64,000 bases of DNA from an uncultured Chitinophagaceae bacterium (GCA_964355925.1 CAYHFN010000016.1:1006-65005); one strand, 5' to 3'. Numbered from the stretch's first letter, positions 1 through 9,511 are shown. A program made the numbers and translations. The notes: generated by a model from the sequence alone, not told the origin.

Positions 1-2
1 TC

Positions 3-413
3 GTTCAGTCTCTAATAATAAAAGATATGCAGGGTGAAGAAACAGTATTATATGATTTTCCAAGTTGTGTTGGTTTGGAAATAAAATATCAGCAAAGGGA
101 CTGCACTTCAATATGCACTCTTCTTAATTATTATTTAAACCCTTCTTACATAATGTCGATCAATAATGACAATGAAGTATCCGATTTTTATGCTAAACAA
201 CATCCCAATAATGATAAACGATTTGCTAGAATATTAGAACTTGGTGGGGAATACACACAACGTGAGATCACTTTTGCATACAAACAACTATCCTCAAGAA
301 TTATTAATCAAGCCACGCCAAATCTTTTTGACGATAGACAATTATTATCCACCAAAAGAATATTGCTTCTTAATGAAGCCTATTCCTATTTTCGTCAAAA
401 ATATAATTTTTAA
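3..413 (+). CDS. C-terminal part of a protein ending in a DnaJ-like (J-like) domain lacking the HPD motif; 5' end lies before the window
   Basis: Frame is open from position 3 (VQSLIIKD-MQ...). C-terminus ARILELGGEYTQREITFAYKQL...LLNEAYSYFR matches the J-domain helix pattern, with INQ in place of HPD. Confidence 0.65.
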   Translation, partial: VQSLIIKDMQGEETVLYDFPSCVGLEIKYQQRDCTSICTLLNYYLNPSYIMSINNDNEVSDFYAKQHPNNDKRFARILELGGEYTQREITFAYKQLSSRIINQATPNLFDDRQLLSTKRILLLNEAYSYFRQKYNF

Positions 414-439
414 TTTATTATTCGTTTTATTTATTTTTT

Positions 440-2176
440 ATGAATACTACTTCATTAAAGGACTATAAAGTTGGTGATCGTATAGGTGGAAAATACGAAA
501 TCCGTAATGAACTTGGACAAGGAGGTTGTGGTGTTGTATATGAAGTTAAAAGTATTAAAAATGGAGAAATATATGCATTAAAAACATTTCACCGGGAATT
601 GCTTGTCAACAAGGAGGCGCGCAACCGATTCAGAAAAGAAGCAGAAGTATGGATTTCCTTGGATCGTCATCCCAATATTGTTAGGGCACATCATGTCGAT
701 GAATTCAATGGTCGTTTATATATTGCCATGGAACTCATCCCACCCGATTATGAAGGACTTAGCTCACTCAAAGATTACATAGAACGAAGACCACCTAACT
801 TAAGACAATCACTTCAATGGGCAATTCAATCATGTTTTGGAATGGAGCATGTCATCTCCAAAGGACTCCGCTGTCATCGAGATATTAAGCCAGCCAACAT
901 AATGATTACCAATAGTGGGATAGTAAAAATTACTGATTTCGGTTTGGCTGGCCTCGTTAGTGGAGAACATTTTCAAAGTGTTAATAATAATTTTGTCGAT
1001 AAAACTTCACAAATTCTTCCCCTTACAAAAATGGGTGCCATAATGGGAACACCCGCATACATGGCTCCAGAACAATTCGAAGACTCATCAACCGTTGACA
1101 TTCGTTCGGATATATATTCATTTGGTATTATTCTATTTCATTTTTGTGCTAAAGGGCAATTTCCCTTTTTTCCCTCACCATATCAATCTGACCCTTTTAA
1201 TGCTTTTTACAATCTACATAAGCATGCGAAAGTTCCTTTTATAGATTCACCTTTATATCCTATTGCATTACGTTGTCTGAGCAAAAACAAAATTGATCGA
1301 TATCAATCATTTGATGCGGTTAGGAATGATTTAGAGATATTATTAAAGAAACATTTTAAGGAGACGATAAAGCTCCCGCAAATTGATAAATATGAGATTT
1401 GGGATCTTAATGATAAAGGATGTGCTTTAGATAACTTAGAACATCATAACGAAGCGCTTCAATGTTTCGAGGATGCTATTGATATTGATGATGGTAAAGA
1501 TCAAATATGGTATAACAAAGCAGTTTGCTTGCAAAATATGAAACGCTATCCACATGCCATCATATGTTATGATAACGCAATCTCAATTAACCCATTGTTG
1601 CCAAATGCATTATTAAAAAAAGCTGAGTGTCTAGAATTATTGGGAAAAACAATAGAAGCAAACACAATAAGACAATTTGCTTTTACCGTATCGCCTAGGG
1701 ATATTTCTTTTTGGTTTACCATAGGTAACGAATTTATGAAAGCTCGCAATTATGAATTGTCTATAAAGTGTTTTGAAAAGGTATTACGAGAAGATGGAGA
1801 AAATATAAATGCTTTGATAAAAAAAGGTAAGGCTTCCGAGTATTTAAATAATTTTCAAAACGCTATTAGTTGTTATTTAAAAGCCATCGATATTGATCCC
1901 AGATTTGTTTATGGCATTTACTGTTTAGCTAATATATATCTATTGCTCAAGAAATATCCGGACGCTCTATCTGCGATTGATAATTTATTGAACATTGAAG
2001 AAAATTATCCACCGGGATTGTTCATCAAAGGTAGGGCTGAACATCTTCTGGGTTTAAAAAATAAAGCAATTGTTTCATATGAAAGATATCTCAGTGTAGT
2101 GGCGCCTCATAAAATTGAAGAGATTGCAATTGTTCAGGAATTTTTACAGAAATTAAGATCGGAAAGGACAAAATAA
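440..2176 (+). CDS. Hanks-type Ser/Thr protein kinase with C-terminal TPR repeats
   Basis: GQGGCGVVY Gly-loop, YALK, alphaC Glu (FRKEAEVW), HRDIKPAN, DFG, GTPAYMAPE, DIYSFG; then TPRs (WYNKAVCL...AIICYDNAISINP). Confidence 0.95.
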   Translation: MNTTSLKDYKVGDRIGGKYEIRNELGQGGCGVVYEVKSIKNGEIYALKTFHRELLVNKEARNRFRKEAEVWISLDRHPNIVRAHHVDEFNGRLYIAMELIPPDYEGLSSLKDYIERRPPNLRQSLQWAIQSCFGMEHVISKGLRCHRDIKPANIMITNSGIVKITDFGLAGLVSGEHFQSVNNNFVDKTSQILPLTKMGAIMGTPAYMAPEQFEDSSTVDIRSDIYSFGIILFHFCAKGQFPFFPSPYQSDPFNAFYNLHKHAKVPFIDSPLYPIALRCLSKNKIDRYQSFDAVRNDLEILLKKHFKETIKLPQIDKYEIWDLNDKGCALDNLEHHNEALQCFEDAIDIDDGKDQIWYNKAVCLQNMKRYPHAIICYDNAISINPLLPNALLKKAECLELLGKTIEANTIRQFAFTVSPRDISFWFTIGNEFMKARNYELSIKCFEKVLREDGENINALIKKGKASEYLNNFQNAISCYLKAIDIDPRFVYGIYCLANIYLLLKKYPDALSAIDNLLNIEENYPPGLFIKGRAEHLLGLKNKAIVSYERYLSVVAPHKIEEIAIVQEFLQKLRSERTK

Positions 2177-2796
2177 TGGAAAAAGAAAATGCAGAACGCG
2201 CCATTCGTATTTTAGAGGAAGGCGTTGCGTATAAACGCCAAGGCAATTATCAAAAAGCAATCCAGTATTATCAATCTGCCCAAGAATTAGATCCATATAA
2301 CCGCAATGTTTATTGGAACCAAGGGAAAACATATTATTTACTTAACGATTTTGCACTTTCATTTTCTAACTATCTAAAAGGATGCCACATTAGTATAGTT
2401 CTCAATACTCAAAGAATGCATTCTTCGCAAGATTTTCGCACCCAGATTGCAATGAACTTAGAGATGACATCAGGAGTAAAAGACATATCCAAGCTCGACT
2501 ATATTGTTTTACACTCTTTAATATTAGGGCCAAATATTCTTCAACATATTGCACATGCATTTATAGATAAGAATAGTAACAATTTGGCGACGGCTCAGAA
2601 AGAAGCTATTGTTGAATATCGTAAAGGACTTGCAGGTCAACCATTTAATGATATGAAAGTGGATCAATTTGATGATGTTTATACAGAAAAAGGAAATCAA
2701 TTAGTTCATGAATATCTGATGTGGACAAAATTAAAGAATGAAAATATTAAAGAATCTCTTCAAACTATTCGTCAATATGATATGATATCTATCTAA
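2176..2796 (+). CDS. TPR protein (about two N-terminal TPRs plus an unknown helical C-terminal region)
   Basis: GVAYKRQGNYQKAIQYYQSAQELDP / VYWNQGKTYY; TAATG stop-start overlap with the kinase gene. Confidence 0.8.
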   Translation: MEKENAERAIRILEEGVAYKRQGNYQKAIQYYQSAQELDPYNRNVYWNQGKTYYLLNDFALSFSNYLKGCHISIVLNTQRMHSSQDFRTQIAMNLEMTSGVKDISKLDYIVLHSLILGPNILQHIAHAFIDKNSNNLATAQKEAIVEYRKGLAGQPFNDMKVDQFDDVYTEKGNQLVHEYLMWTKLKNENIKESLQTIRQYDMISI

Positions 2797-2804
2797 GTGA
2801 AATA

Positions 2805-3479
2805 ATGGATAATCTGGATATTTCAATTAATGATCATTTGTTTGTAGGGTATACCCACTATAAACGTGGTAGTCTCGCGAATGCACGACGTTGTTTTGAA
2901 GAAGCAGTGCAGTTAAATGCTGAATCTTCTGAAGCTAATTTTGCACTTGGAAGCGTATTATTTGAATTAGGCGAAGTGAATAAGGCCAAGGCATATTTAT
3001 TAAATTCAATCGAATCAGATTCTCGTAATCCTTCAGCGTATATTTTTCTTGGACTTTGTTATGATGCATTAAATCAATATGAATCTGCAATCAAATTCAT
3101 TAGAAAAGGTATTTCGCTAAATCCAGGTGCATCAATTGGTTATGCACAATTGGCAAATATATTTCTGCGGTCTAATCGTATTTATCGTGCAATAGAATAT
3201 CTAAGACTCGCAATTGATATTGATCCTAATTTAGATGATGGTAAAGCCTATATTGAATTAGGAAACTGCTATATGGCTATCATGGAATATCAAACAGCCA
3301 TAAGATACTATCAAAATGCGTTAGATTATAATCCTGATTTAACAGTCGCCATTTTGGGGCTTAGCAAAGCATACATTAAATTGGATAAAAAAGATAAAGC
3401 AAAATTATTTTTGAACCACTTATTACAAATTCAACCTGAGCATTCTGAAGCGATAAAGATTATTAACTCAATAAAATAA
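2805..3479 (+). CDS. TPR-repeat protein (about six repeats)
   Basis: Repeated TPR consensus, e.g. AYIELGNCYMAIMEYQTAIRYYQNALDYNP; 8 bp downstream of the previous gene. Confidence 0.9.
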   Translation: MDNLDISINDHLFVGYTHYKRGSLANARRCFEEAVQLNAESSEANFALGSVLFELGEVNKAKAYLLNSIESDSRNPSAYIFLGLCYDALNQYESAIKFIRKGISLNPGASIGYAQLANIFLRSNRIYRAIEYLRLAIDIDPNLDDGKAYIELGNCYMAIMEYQTAIRYYQNALDYNPDLTVAILGLSKAYIKLDKKDKAKLFLNHLLQIQPEHSEAIKIINSIK

Positions 3480-3498
3480 ATATAGGAAAGACATTATT

Positions 3499-4326
3499 AT
3501 GATTGAAAAGGATGTTCTCATTTTGATGGAAGAAGCATGGAACAAAAATGATATAGCGGGGCTACGAGAGTCCTACAAAATAGGTAAGAGAAATCTCACC
3601 ACAATGCCAAAAGTAAATGATATTTTTGCTTTTTTTATGTATCAGAAAGGTTTCTTTGCAGAAGCTTTAGAGGCTAGCAGATGTGCAATATTTGAAAATC
3701 GTTCACGGCTCGAAAAACGTAGTGATGCTAAAGCACTATTTGATTATGCTTTATGTAGTTATAATTCGGTTGATATCATTGTCAAAGCCGATATTAATGA
3801 TAATAATTTTTTGTCTTGTTGCATTGCAAATAGTTTGTATTATTTTTCTTTGTCATATGATGCATACCTAAAATCAGATACAGCTCCTTCTGAAGATGGG
3901 AATGATCCTTGGTGGACTCTTGATGGACCAATTTTAATTCAACAATATTACATGGCCGAACTCTTTGCGCACAAATCGTTTCCAACTCTATTAGATAAAT
4001 TGAAATTAAGTGAAGATGATTTTGATAGATTTTATCATTCAAATATCACTTTCAGATTAGTTATATATGCCATTGATAGATTAATCAAAGCAATTAAATC
4101 TGCTCCCCCTAATCCCATTTTGAAAGAGATACTTAAACAGGCTTTTGACCGTTGCAGTGAAATTCGCGGAATAGCGTTTCAAAGGATAAAACAAATTGAA
4201 CAAATAACTGGTAGAAGCGGTAGTTCTTATCTCGATAATACGCCGAATGGTTCCATCAAAATGTTGATCGATAAATTGGAGACTATTTCAAAAAAAGACC
4301 CATATTTTCTGAAATACTTCAAATAA
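3499..4326 (+). CDS. Hypothetical helical protein, last gene of the kinase-TPR operon
   Basis: 275-aa ORF with AGGA-like RBS, 19 bp after the previous stop; no family recognised. Confidence 0.75.
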   Translation: MIEKDVLILMEEAWNKNDIAGLRESYKIGKRNLTTMPKVNDIFAFFMYQKGFFAEALEASRCAIFENRSRLEKRSDAKALFDYALCSYNSVDIIVKADINDNNFLSCCIANSLYYFSLSYDAYLKSDTAPSEDGNDPWWTLDGPILIQQYYMAELFAHKSFPTLLDKLKLSEDDFDRFYHSNITFRLVIYAIDRLIKAIKSAPPNPILKEILKQAFDRCSEIRGIAFQRIKQIEQITGRSGSSYLDNTPNGSIKMLIDKLETISKKDPYFLKYFK

Positions 4327-4466
4327 AATGGCTCTCGAATATTTATAAAAATCGGGCTAATTTTATTAAGCTCTTTTGAAAACAATGTGGACAATACTCG
4401 ATTCAAGGTCTTTTTTTAGGAACTAATCATTATGGTTGGAATGACCCTCCCATTGATTGCCCAAAC

Positions 4467-4503
4467 ACTGCCTGCTTGATTTCGCGGAGCAGGCAGTATT
4501 TTC
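4467..4503 (+). terminator. Probable intrinsic terminator after the kinase-TPR operon
   Basis: 10-bp stem ACTGCCTGCT(4467-4476)/AGCAGGCAGT(4488-4497) followed by ATTTT. Confidence 0.55.
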
Positions 4504-4692
4504 CTTTAAATTAATTAAATTTGGACACTTTGGCTGATGTGACTGCATTAATATTGTCAACATGATAAACCGTATTTAATAAAATGTTCATAATGCCAAC
4601 AGAATGAGCCTTTTTGAGGGGATTTTGTTTGTTTTTGCATTCTTTTTTTGAATTGCATTGTTGGGTGAGTATCCCCTTCTGGCTGCTGTAAA

Positions 4693-4727
4693 CAAAATTG
4701 CCTGCTCACTAATCATGAACAGGCAAT
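4693..4727 (-). terminator. Probable terminator of the minus-strand replication module
   Basis: ATTGCCTG(4697-4704)...CAGGCAAT(4720-4727) stem, followed by a short T-run on the minus strand, just after the small ORF stop at 4737. Confidence 0.5.
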
Positions 4728-4736
4728 GATAATACC

Positions 4737-4892
4737 TTATCTGCTAGACACATCCTCAGGATCCAGTAACTCCTTAGTCTTATCTGGTGGTCCCTCCTTC
4801 ATGGGTATTGTATTGACGTGGGTGGGGATCGGCGGTTTCTGTTGATCCATGATTTTTCGTATGTTTTTGATTTCGATTATTTTTTTGTTCAT
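4737..4892 (-). CDS. Small 51-aa hypothetical protein (not in the ORF track)
   Basis: MNKKIIEIKNIRKIMDQQKPPIPTHVNTIPMKEGPPDKTKELLDPEDVSSR*; AAGGA upstream of the ATG and a hairpin downstream. Confidence 0.45.
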   Translation of the reverse strand: MNKKIIEIKNIRKIMDQQKPPIPTHVNTIPMKEGPPDKTKELLDPEDVSSR

Positions 4893-4909
4893 ATAGTTTT
4901 CCTTGGTTG

Positions 4910-5101
4910 GTTACAAAGTTACATCAGTTACATGATATTCATATACCCCTCTATAAATGATATTAAAATTATGTAGAAGGGGTATATTTTTATGTAACTG
5001 TTGTAACTATCTATTTATTACTTCATTTATTGCGAATTCAATTCAATTTCAAAGAAATCAGGTTACATGGCCAATGTAACTACCATGTAACCCAATGTAA
5101 C
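4910..5101. repeat. GTTACA/TGTAAC iteron-like array, putative replication origin
   Basis: GTTACA at 4910, 4918, 4927, 5062; TGTAAC at 4993, 5002, 5075, 5086, 5096; inner inverted repeat ATATACCCCTCTA...TAGAAGGGGTATAT around an AT-rich core; directly downstream of the primase-helicase stop. Confidence 0.75.
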
Positions 5102-5106
5102 TTCTT

Positions 5107-7713
5107 TTAGTTTATTCCAAACCCATCCAGATCAATACCTGCTTGTTTTGCCTTACAGATATCGATACACAATGACCTGGCTGCAGTTTTTATTGATCCA
5201 TACTTTACGGGATGTTGTTTGTCAACTATGTAAGAACATTCATCAAACAATTTCAGATACGATTCTTTGTCCAATAAATCTCCTTCGTATTTTGTTCTAC
5301 GGCAATGTTCTTTGAATTCAGGGAAGATACGGGTGAAATTAATAGCCAAGACATCACCATTATTTACTTTGGCCTTCTTGAACCATGGAACATCAATCAC
5401 CGTTGGCGTATAAGTGCTATTCGGATTTTGTTCCTTCTCATTCTTCTGTGCCATCGCTCCAAGTTCTTCAATGAGTTGGTCAACAGCCGACTTCACGAAG
5501 CCTGTCTTGTTACCAGTGATCTCTTCCAGTTGATTATTTAAGATAGTTGGTAAATCAATCACTGGAATAGAAAGGCTTAACGATTCGACATATCCTTTAA
5601 ATAAATCTAAACCTAAAACCATGACACTGAGATTATGAATTATACGTGGTGCAACAGTCTTACCTTTAAAATGAGTTTCTACATAGTCCTTCGCAGAATA
5701 ATACATTGCGACAATATCTTGATTCAAACAAAATCTAACATAGTCCGGTATAAATGATTCAAGCTCCAATCTTGTTAATCGCTGATAAGCATTTCTCATT
5801 TCGTCATTCTTTTTCATTGCATCACTGAACCGAACAAGAATAATTCTCTCTTTAATCGCCGGTTGATTGATACTCCACTCACCTGCGAAAACAATCGGTG
5901 CATCAAGTTTATAATCCTGCACTGTCTGATCCTGATGTCCTTTTGATTCAACTTCCCCATTGTATGCTTCACGAAGGGTCCGAAGAAGATTAAGAACTAT
6001 ATCCTCTTTGATATCTGCGACTTTGAATTCGTCTAACGCAACCGGTATTGCATTTGTCGATGAAAGTAACTTTACCAATGGAAATGGTCGCAGACTACAT
6101 TGTTTAGGAACTGCGTCTTTGTATCCATGTAATCTCATAAATAATGAAACGGTGCTCGACTTCCCACCACCTTGTGTGCCATGTAAAAACAGAATTGGGA
6201 AAGCTCCTGTTTCTTCCATAATTATCGGCTTGATGGGACTCGCAAACATCCATCCGAGTATTGGAATAACAACTTCAGCCTTATTAAATTTAAATAGATC
6301 TTCACATAAACCACTTACTAAACTTCGAGTTGCACTTTCAGTAGTCTGTAAATATACAATCTGCTTGTAGAATGCATCAGCACCTTTCTCATACGGAATA
6401 ATTGTTGGCTCTGGTAATATACCAGAAGCTGTAACGTTTATAGAACCTGCAACCCAAGTCTTGTCGATTAAACCAACGACTTTTGTTCCCTTCTTTCGCA
6501 CAGGAACATCCACGTTGACAAAACCACATAGTGCTTGAACATCACGGTCGTCTCCAGTAAAGCTGCAATCTTGATGACCGATTGCTTTCAGCAATTTCGA
6601 TTTGCTGTGCCAGTCTGTATTTTCTATTAAAATATCCTTGTAAACTGAACCCATGTGCGATACTACATCACATTTGAGGCAGTCTTTATCATCGAGTTCT
6701 AACAACTCTTTCGGCCGAATAATAAATGTGGATATGGTTCTGTTTTCCTTATTTACTTTTTTTACATAACAGTTTTCAATAATGGAAAACGTTGTCGGTA
6801 AATGTAGGTATCGTGTTTTCCACCTTTTGTATTGATCCCCAACTTTCTGAACAATTTCTTGTTCACTCATTGGTGGAACATTCTGTAGATTCCAAAGCTT
6901 AAACATTTCAATAGCATATTCTTCGGTATGTCCCATACTTATGAATTTGCCAATCAAAGCTGTTGCACTGCTATCCCTAGATCCTTCCGATGTCCCACCA
7001 AATGCGAACTCAGATGCCTCTTTGGTGCGTATCCTTTTTTGTTCCAAAACAAGATCAGGTATTTTAGTTGGTAGCTTTTTCCTATTAATGTTGACAAAGA
7101 AATTGGGATCATGTGAAAGAAAACATGCTCTTGATGCATCGTGAGTTTTAGGATCAAACTGAATACCATAACGCTTTTGAAGTTTTCTTGAATGATGCTT
7201 ATAGAGAATCCTATACATATCCACATCCGTTACTTGGATATCAAACTGACATACCAATTTTAGACCATTGCCGCTCGGCGAAGTAAAGAGCATAAAAGTA
7301 TACGGGTCTTTAATTAGATCATTGCGAACTGAATCAAGATTTTCATCCAAATCATCCAGGTCGAATATTGGATATTCAATATTAAGTAAATTTTCTTTTG
7401 AAAGATGATTCTTTTTAAACTTCCCTAATGTGATATATGGTAGTTGATGTTTCTTTATTTCATTCCGTTCATCTTCACTTTTAGCACCACGAACTTGTTG
7501 GACAATAGCTGCCAACTCATCATTGCTTTTAATTGCTTCGATGATTTCCGGAAGTCTATAAGGACGCATTGGTGAAGATTCACGATGTATAACGGTAGCA
7601 CCGCAATATACGGTGATTGAATCGAGAGCTGAATGCTCTGATCTTTCGGTAAGTGGAATATCGACTGAGTTAGTTGGTTCTTCCTGAGTTGTGAGTAAAT
7701 TGTTGTTTGTCAT
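5107..7713 (-). CDS. Mobile-element primase-helicase: VirE-N/BT4734-like AEP domain, PriCT-1, and P-loop (SF3/DUF927-like) helicase
   Basis: FDLDDL, FTSPSGNGLK, DASRACFLSHDP (BT4734-like); EGSRDSSAT...WNLQNVPPMSEQEI (PriCT); Walker A GTQGGGKSS and Walker B VALDE. Confidence 0.85.
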   Translation of the reverse strand: MTNNNLLTTQEEPTNSVDIPLTERSEHSALDSITVYCGATVIHRESSPMRPYRLPEIIEAIKSNDELAAIVQQVRGAKSEDERNEIKKHQLPYITLGKFKKNHLSKENLLNIEYPIFDLDDLDENLDSVRNDLIKDPYTFMLFTSPSGNGLKLVCQFDIQVTDVDMYRILYKHHSRKLQKRYGIQFDPKTHDASRACFLSHDPNFFVNINRKKLPTKIPDLVLEQKRIRTKEASEFAFGGTSEGSRDSSATALIGKFISMGHTEEYAIEMFKLWNLQNVPPMSEQEIVQKVGDQYKRWKTRYLHLPTTFSIIENCYVKKVNKENRTISTFIIRPKELLELDDKDCLKCDVVSHMGSVYKDILIENTDWHSKSKLLKAIGHQDCSFTGDDRDVQALCGFVNVDVPVRKKGTKVVGLIDKTWVAGSINVTASGILPEPTIIPYEKGADAFYKQIVYLQTTESATRSLVSGLCEDLFKFNKAEVVIPILGWMFASPIKPIIMEETGAFPILFLHGTQGGGKSSTVSLFMRLHGYKDAVPKQCSLRPFPLVKLLSSTNAIPVALDEFKVADIKEDIVLNLLRTLREAYNGEVESKGHQDQTVQDYKLDAPIVFAGEWSINQPAIKERIILVRFSDAMKKNDEMRNAYQRLTRLELESFIPDYVRFCLNQDIVAMYYSAKDYVETHFKGKTVAPRIIHNLSVMVLGLDLFKGYVESLSLSIPVIDLPTILNNQLEEITGNKTGFVKSAVDQLIEELGAMAQKNEKEQNPNSTYTPTVIDVPWFKKAKVNNGDVLAINFTRIFPEFKEHCRRTKYEGDLLDKESYLKLFDECSYIVDKQHPVKYGSIKTAARSLCIDICKAKQAGIDLDGFGIN

Positions 7714-7945
7714 TTGTATTAGAATATATAATTGTTTTGAGACTTCTTATGGCATTAGAAAAAGATATTGGGTTGATCGTTGCTGAATAGGAATAATAGC
7801 TTTTCACGAGTGATTGTAATTGTGATGTTTCAGTAAATTCAAAAATTGTAAATCCGTCATCTTTGATTGATCTATGGAGATTAACTCCTGAAGCAATCAG
7901 AAATGAGGACAGGTAAAAATCCTTTGTTGTGTAAATATTTTTCAT
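7670..7945 (-). CDS. DUF5659-like small phage/mobile-element protein
   Basis: YTTKDFYLSSFLIASG...FEF...F.NAIRSLKT pattern; lies upstream of the primase, as is common for this family. Confidence 0.7.
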   Translation of the reverse strand: MKNIYTTKDFYLSSFLIASGVNLHRSIKDDGFTIFEFTETSQLQSLVKSYYSYSATINPISFSNAIRSLKTIIYSNTNDKQQFTHNSGRTN

Positions 7946-8394
7946 ATCTGTAGTCCTTGTTTTAATAATTCGGCTTGAATGTCATTTGGAAGAGCGTTAA
8001 ATAAATCTTCTTTAGATCTGTTATGATAATTTTCGTATTGTGGATATTCTCCATATACGTCTATACCCAATTCGATGAGATGGTTAAAACAATGAATCTG
8101 ATGTTGGCATAGTTCATAAACACTATGAAATGTTGAGACTAAATCTCCATATCCATTGCTGTATCCGATATTTAATAGTTTAATGGCTTGATTAAAAGCA
8201 AGAAACGCCAATTCGTCAAATAATGACTGGGTAATATTCCAATCCATAAATTCACTTTGCAAAAAATCAAGGGTGATTTCAAACGATGAAATTGATTTAC
8301 GTTCTTCTTTGGTCGGGTTAGATTTGTTTTTTAATTGTTGGTGACGTTCAATATAGTTTTGAATGTCACTTTGATGCGGTATTGAGACTTGCAT
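7942..8394 (-). CDS. Hypothetical protein
   Basis: 150-aa ORF with AAGGA RBS; ATGA overlap with the next gene. Confidence 0.7.
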   Translation of the reverse strand: MQVSIPHQSDIQNYIERHQQLKNKSNPTKEERKSISSFEITLDFLQSEFMDWNITQSLFDELAFLAFNQAIKLLNIGYSNGYGDLVSTFHSVYELCQHQIHCFNHLIELGIDVYGEYPQYENYHNRSKEDLFNALPNDIQAELLKQGLQI

Positions 8395-8610
8395 ACGAAT
8401 TTTCCTTTTGATTTTGTATAAGTTATCCCCTCTAGATTGTTTATTTTTTATGAATTAGTATAAATCTATTTGTAGGCGATATTCTCAGACGATTCTTGTC
8501 TGTCGATGAGCTATTGAGATCGGTCTTCCCTCTTCCAACTTCCCATACCAAATTGTATGCAATTTTTTAAACTCGCGCAAATAAAATCGTCATTTTGGGT
8601 AAATTATTTT

Positions 8611-8927
8611 TTACGAATTACGAATTTACGATCCAAAATCGCTGCTCGGGTAGGTCAGCTTTAAAAAACTTAAAAAATCGGCATTTTGGGGTTCATTTTT
8701 TGGGAATGGGTAAATTTGGAGTTGGGAAAAAAATCGTAATTCGTTTTTTTTCATAAATTGCTTATAAAAATGAATAATTACGAATTACGATCTTACGATT
8801 GTTGTTTGGAGATCAGATTTTTGGAGGATAGATTTTTCTGAAATGGAAATCTTCGTAATCGTAAGAAACCATAACAACCCTAGCAGTATCAATCACTTGA
8901 GGAATTACGATTATCTTACGATTACGA
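8611..8927. repeat. TTACGA/TCGTAA hexamer array (iteron-like)
   Basis: TTACGA at 8611, 8618, 8626, 8778, 8785, 8793, 8905, 8916, 8922; TCGTAA at 8734, 8853, 8859. Confidence 0.75.
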
Positions 8928-8936
8928 TTTGTAGTT

Positions 8937-9390
8937 TCAGAAAGGCATTGTATAGAGGTCAAACAGGATGTCATTGATGAAGGCATCCTCCCCCGCTACA
9001 AATTTTGAAGGTTTTCTCTGCTTACCATCAATTGGTGACCCCATGCCTCCTTCCCAGGAGGCAGCAGACTGGCCTTTCTTAACGGCACTTCGACAACCGT
9101 CAAGAGTTCTTACAGATTTGTTTATTGATTCTTGTTTTGAAACTCCACCTTCTTAAGAATTTAACATTCCATCAACTGCTTCGTTGCCTGTTTTAGCAAT
9201 AGAATTGACAATGTGAACCATTACACCGTATTTTTTAAAGTGGCCTTTCCAGTAGTTGCTTTCAATTCCTCCTGCTCGACTCCAACGCGACTCATCCAAA
9301 AAAAACGGCATCGAACTCTGGATTCGATTCAACTGCTTTTTAAAAAGTCATAAATCCAGGCCAAGACACAATTTCAGTGATACCGCCGCT
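8937..9390 (-). pseudogene. Decayed large serine recombinase (resolvase catalytic-domain fragment)
   Basis: Manual translation: PGFMTF*KAVESNPEFDAV-(frameshift in T-run near 9300)-LDESRWSRAGGIESNYWKGHFKKYGVMVHIV...GMLNS*EGGVSKQESINKSVRTLDGCRSAVKKGQSA; matches the RPG..FD...D.SR.SR motif and the ES...S.RT..G helix. Confidence 0.75.
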
Positions 9391-9511
9391 CGCGCAAGTA
9401 CGTCATCATGATTTGCCACGATCAAGATATGGAAGGCGTTACCATATTATTTGATTTTTTCTTCTTTTTTCAGTAGACTTTAATATTTTTAAACAATCAA
9501 TAGATTAGAAG

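Noticed and set aside
8611-8927. Possible CRISPR array
   Set aside because: Repeats are 6-7-mers in both orientations with irregular spacing; no 25-40 bp repeats and no cas genes.
8968-9156. 62-aa plus-strand ORF
   Set aside because: Antisense shadow of the serine recombinase pseudogene.
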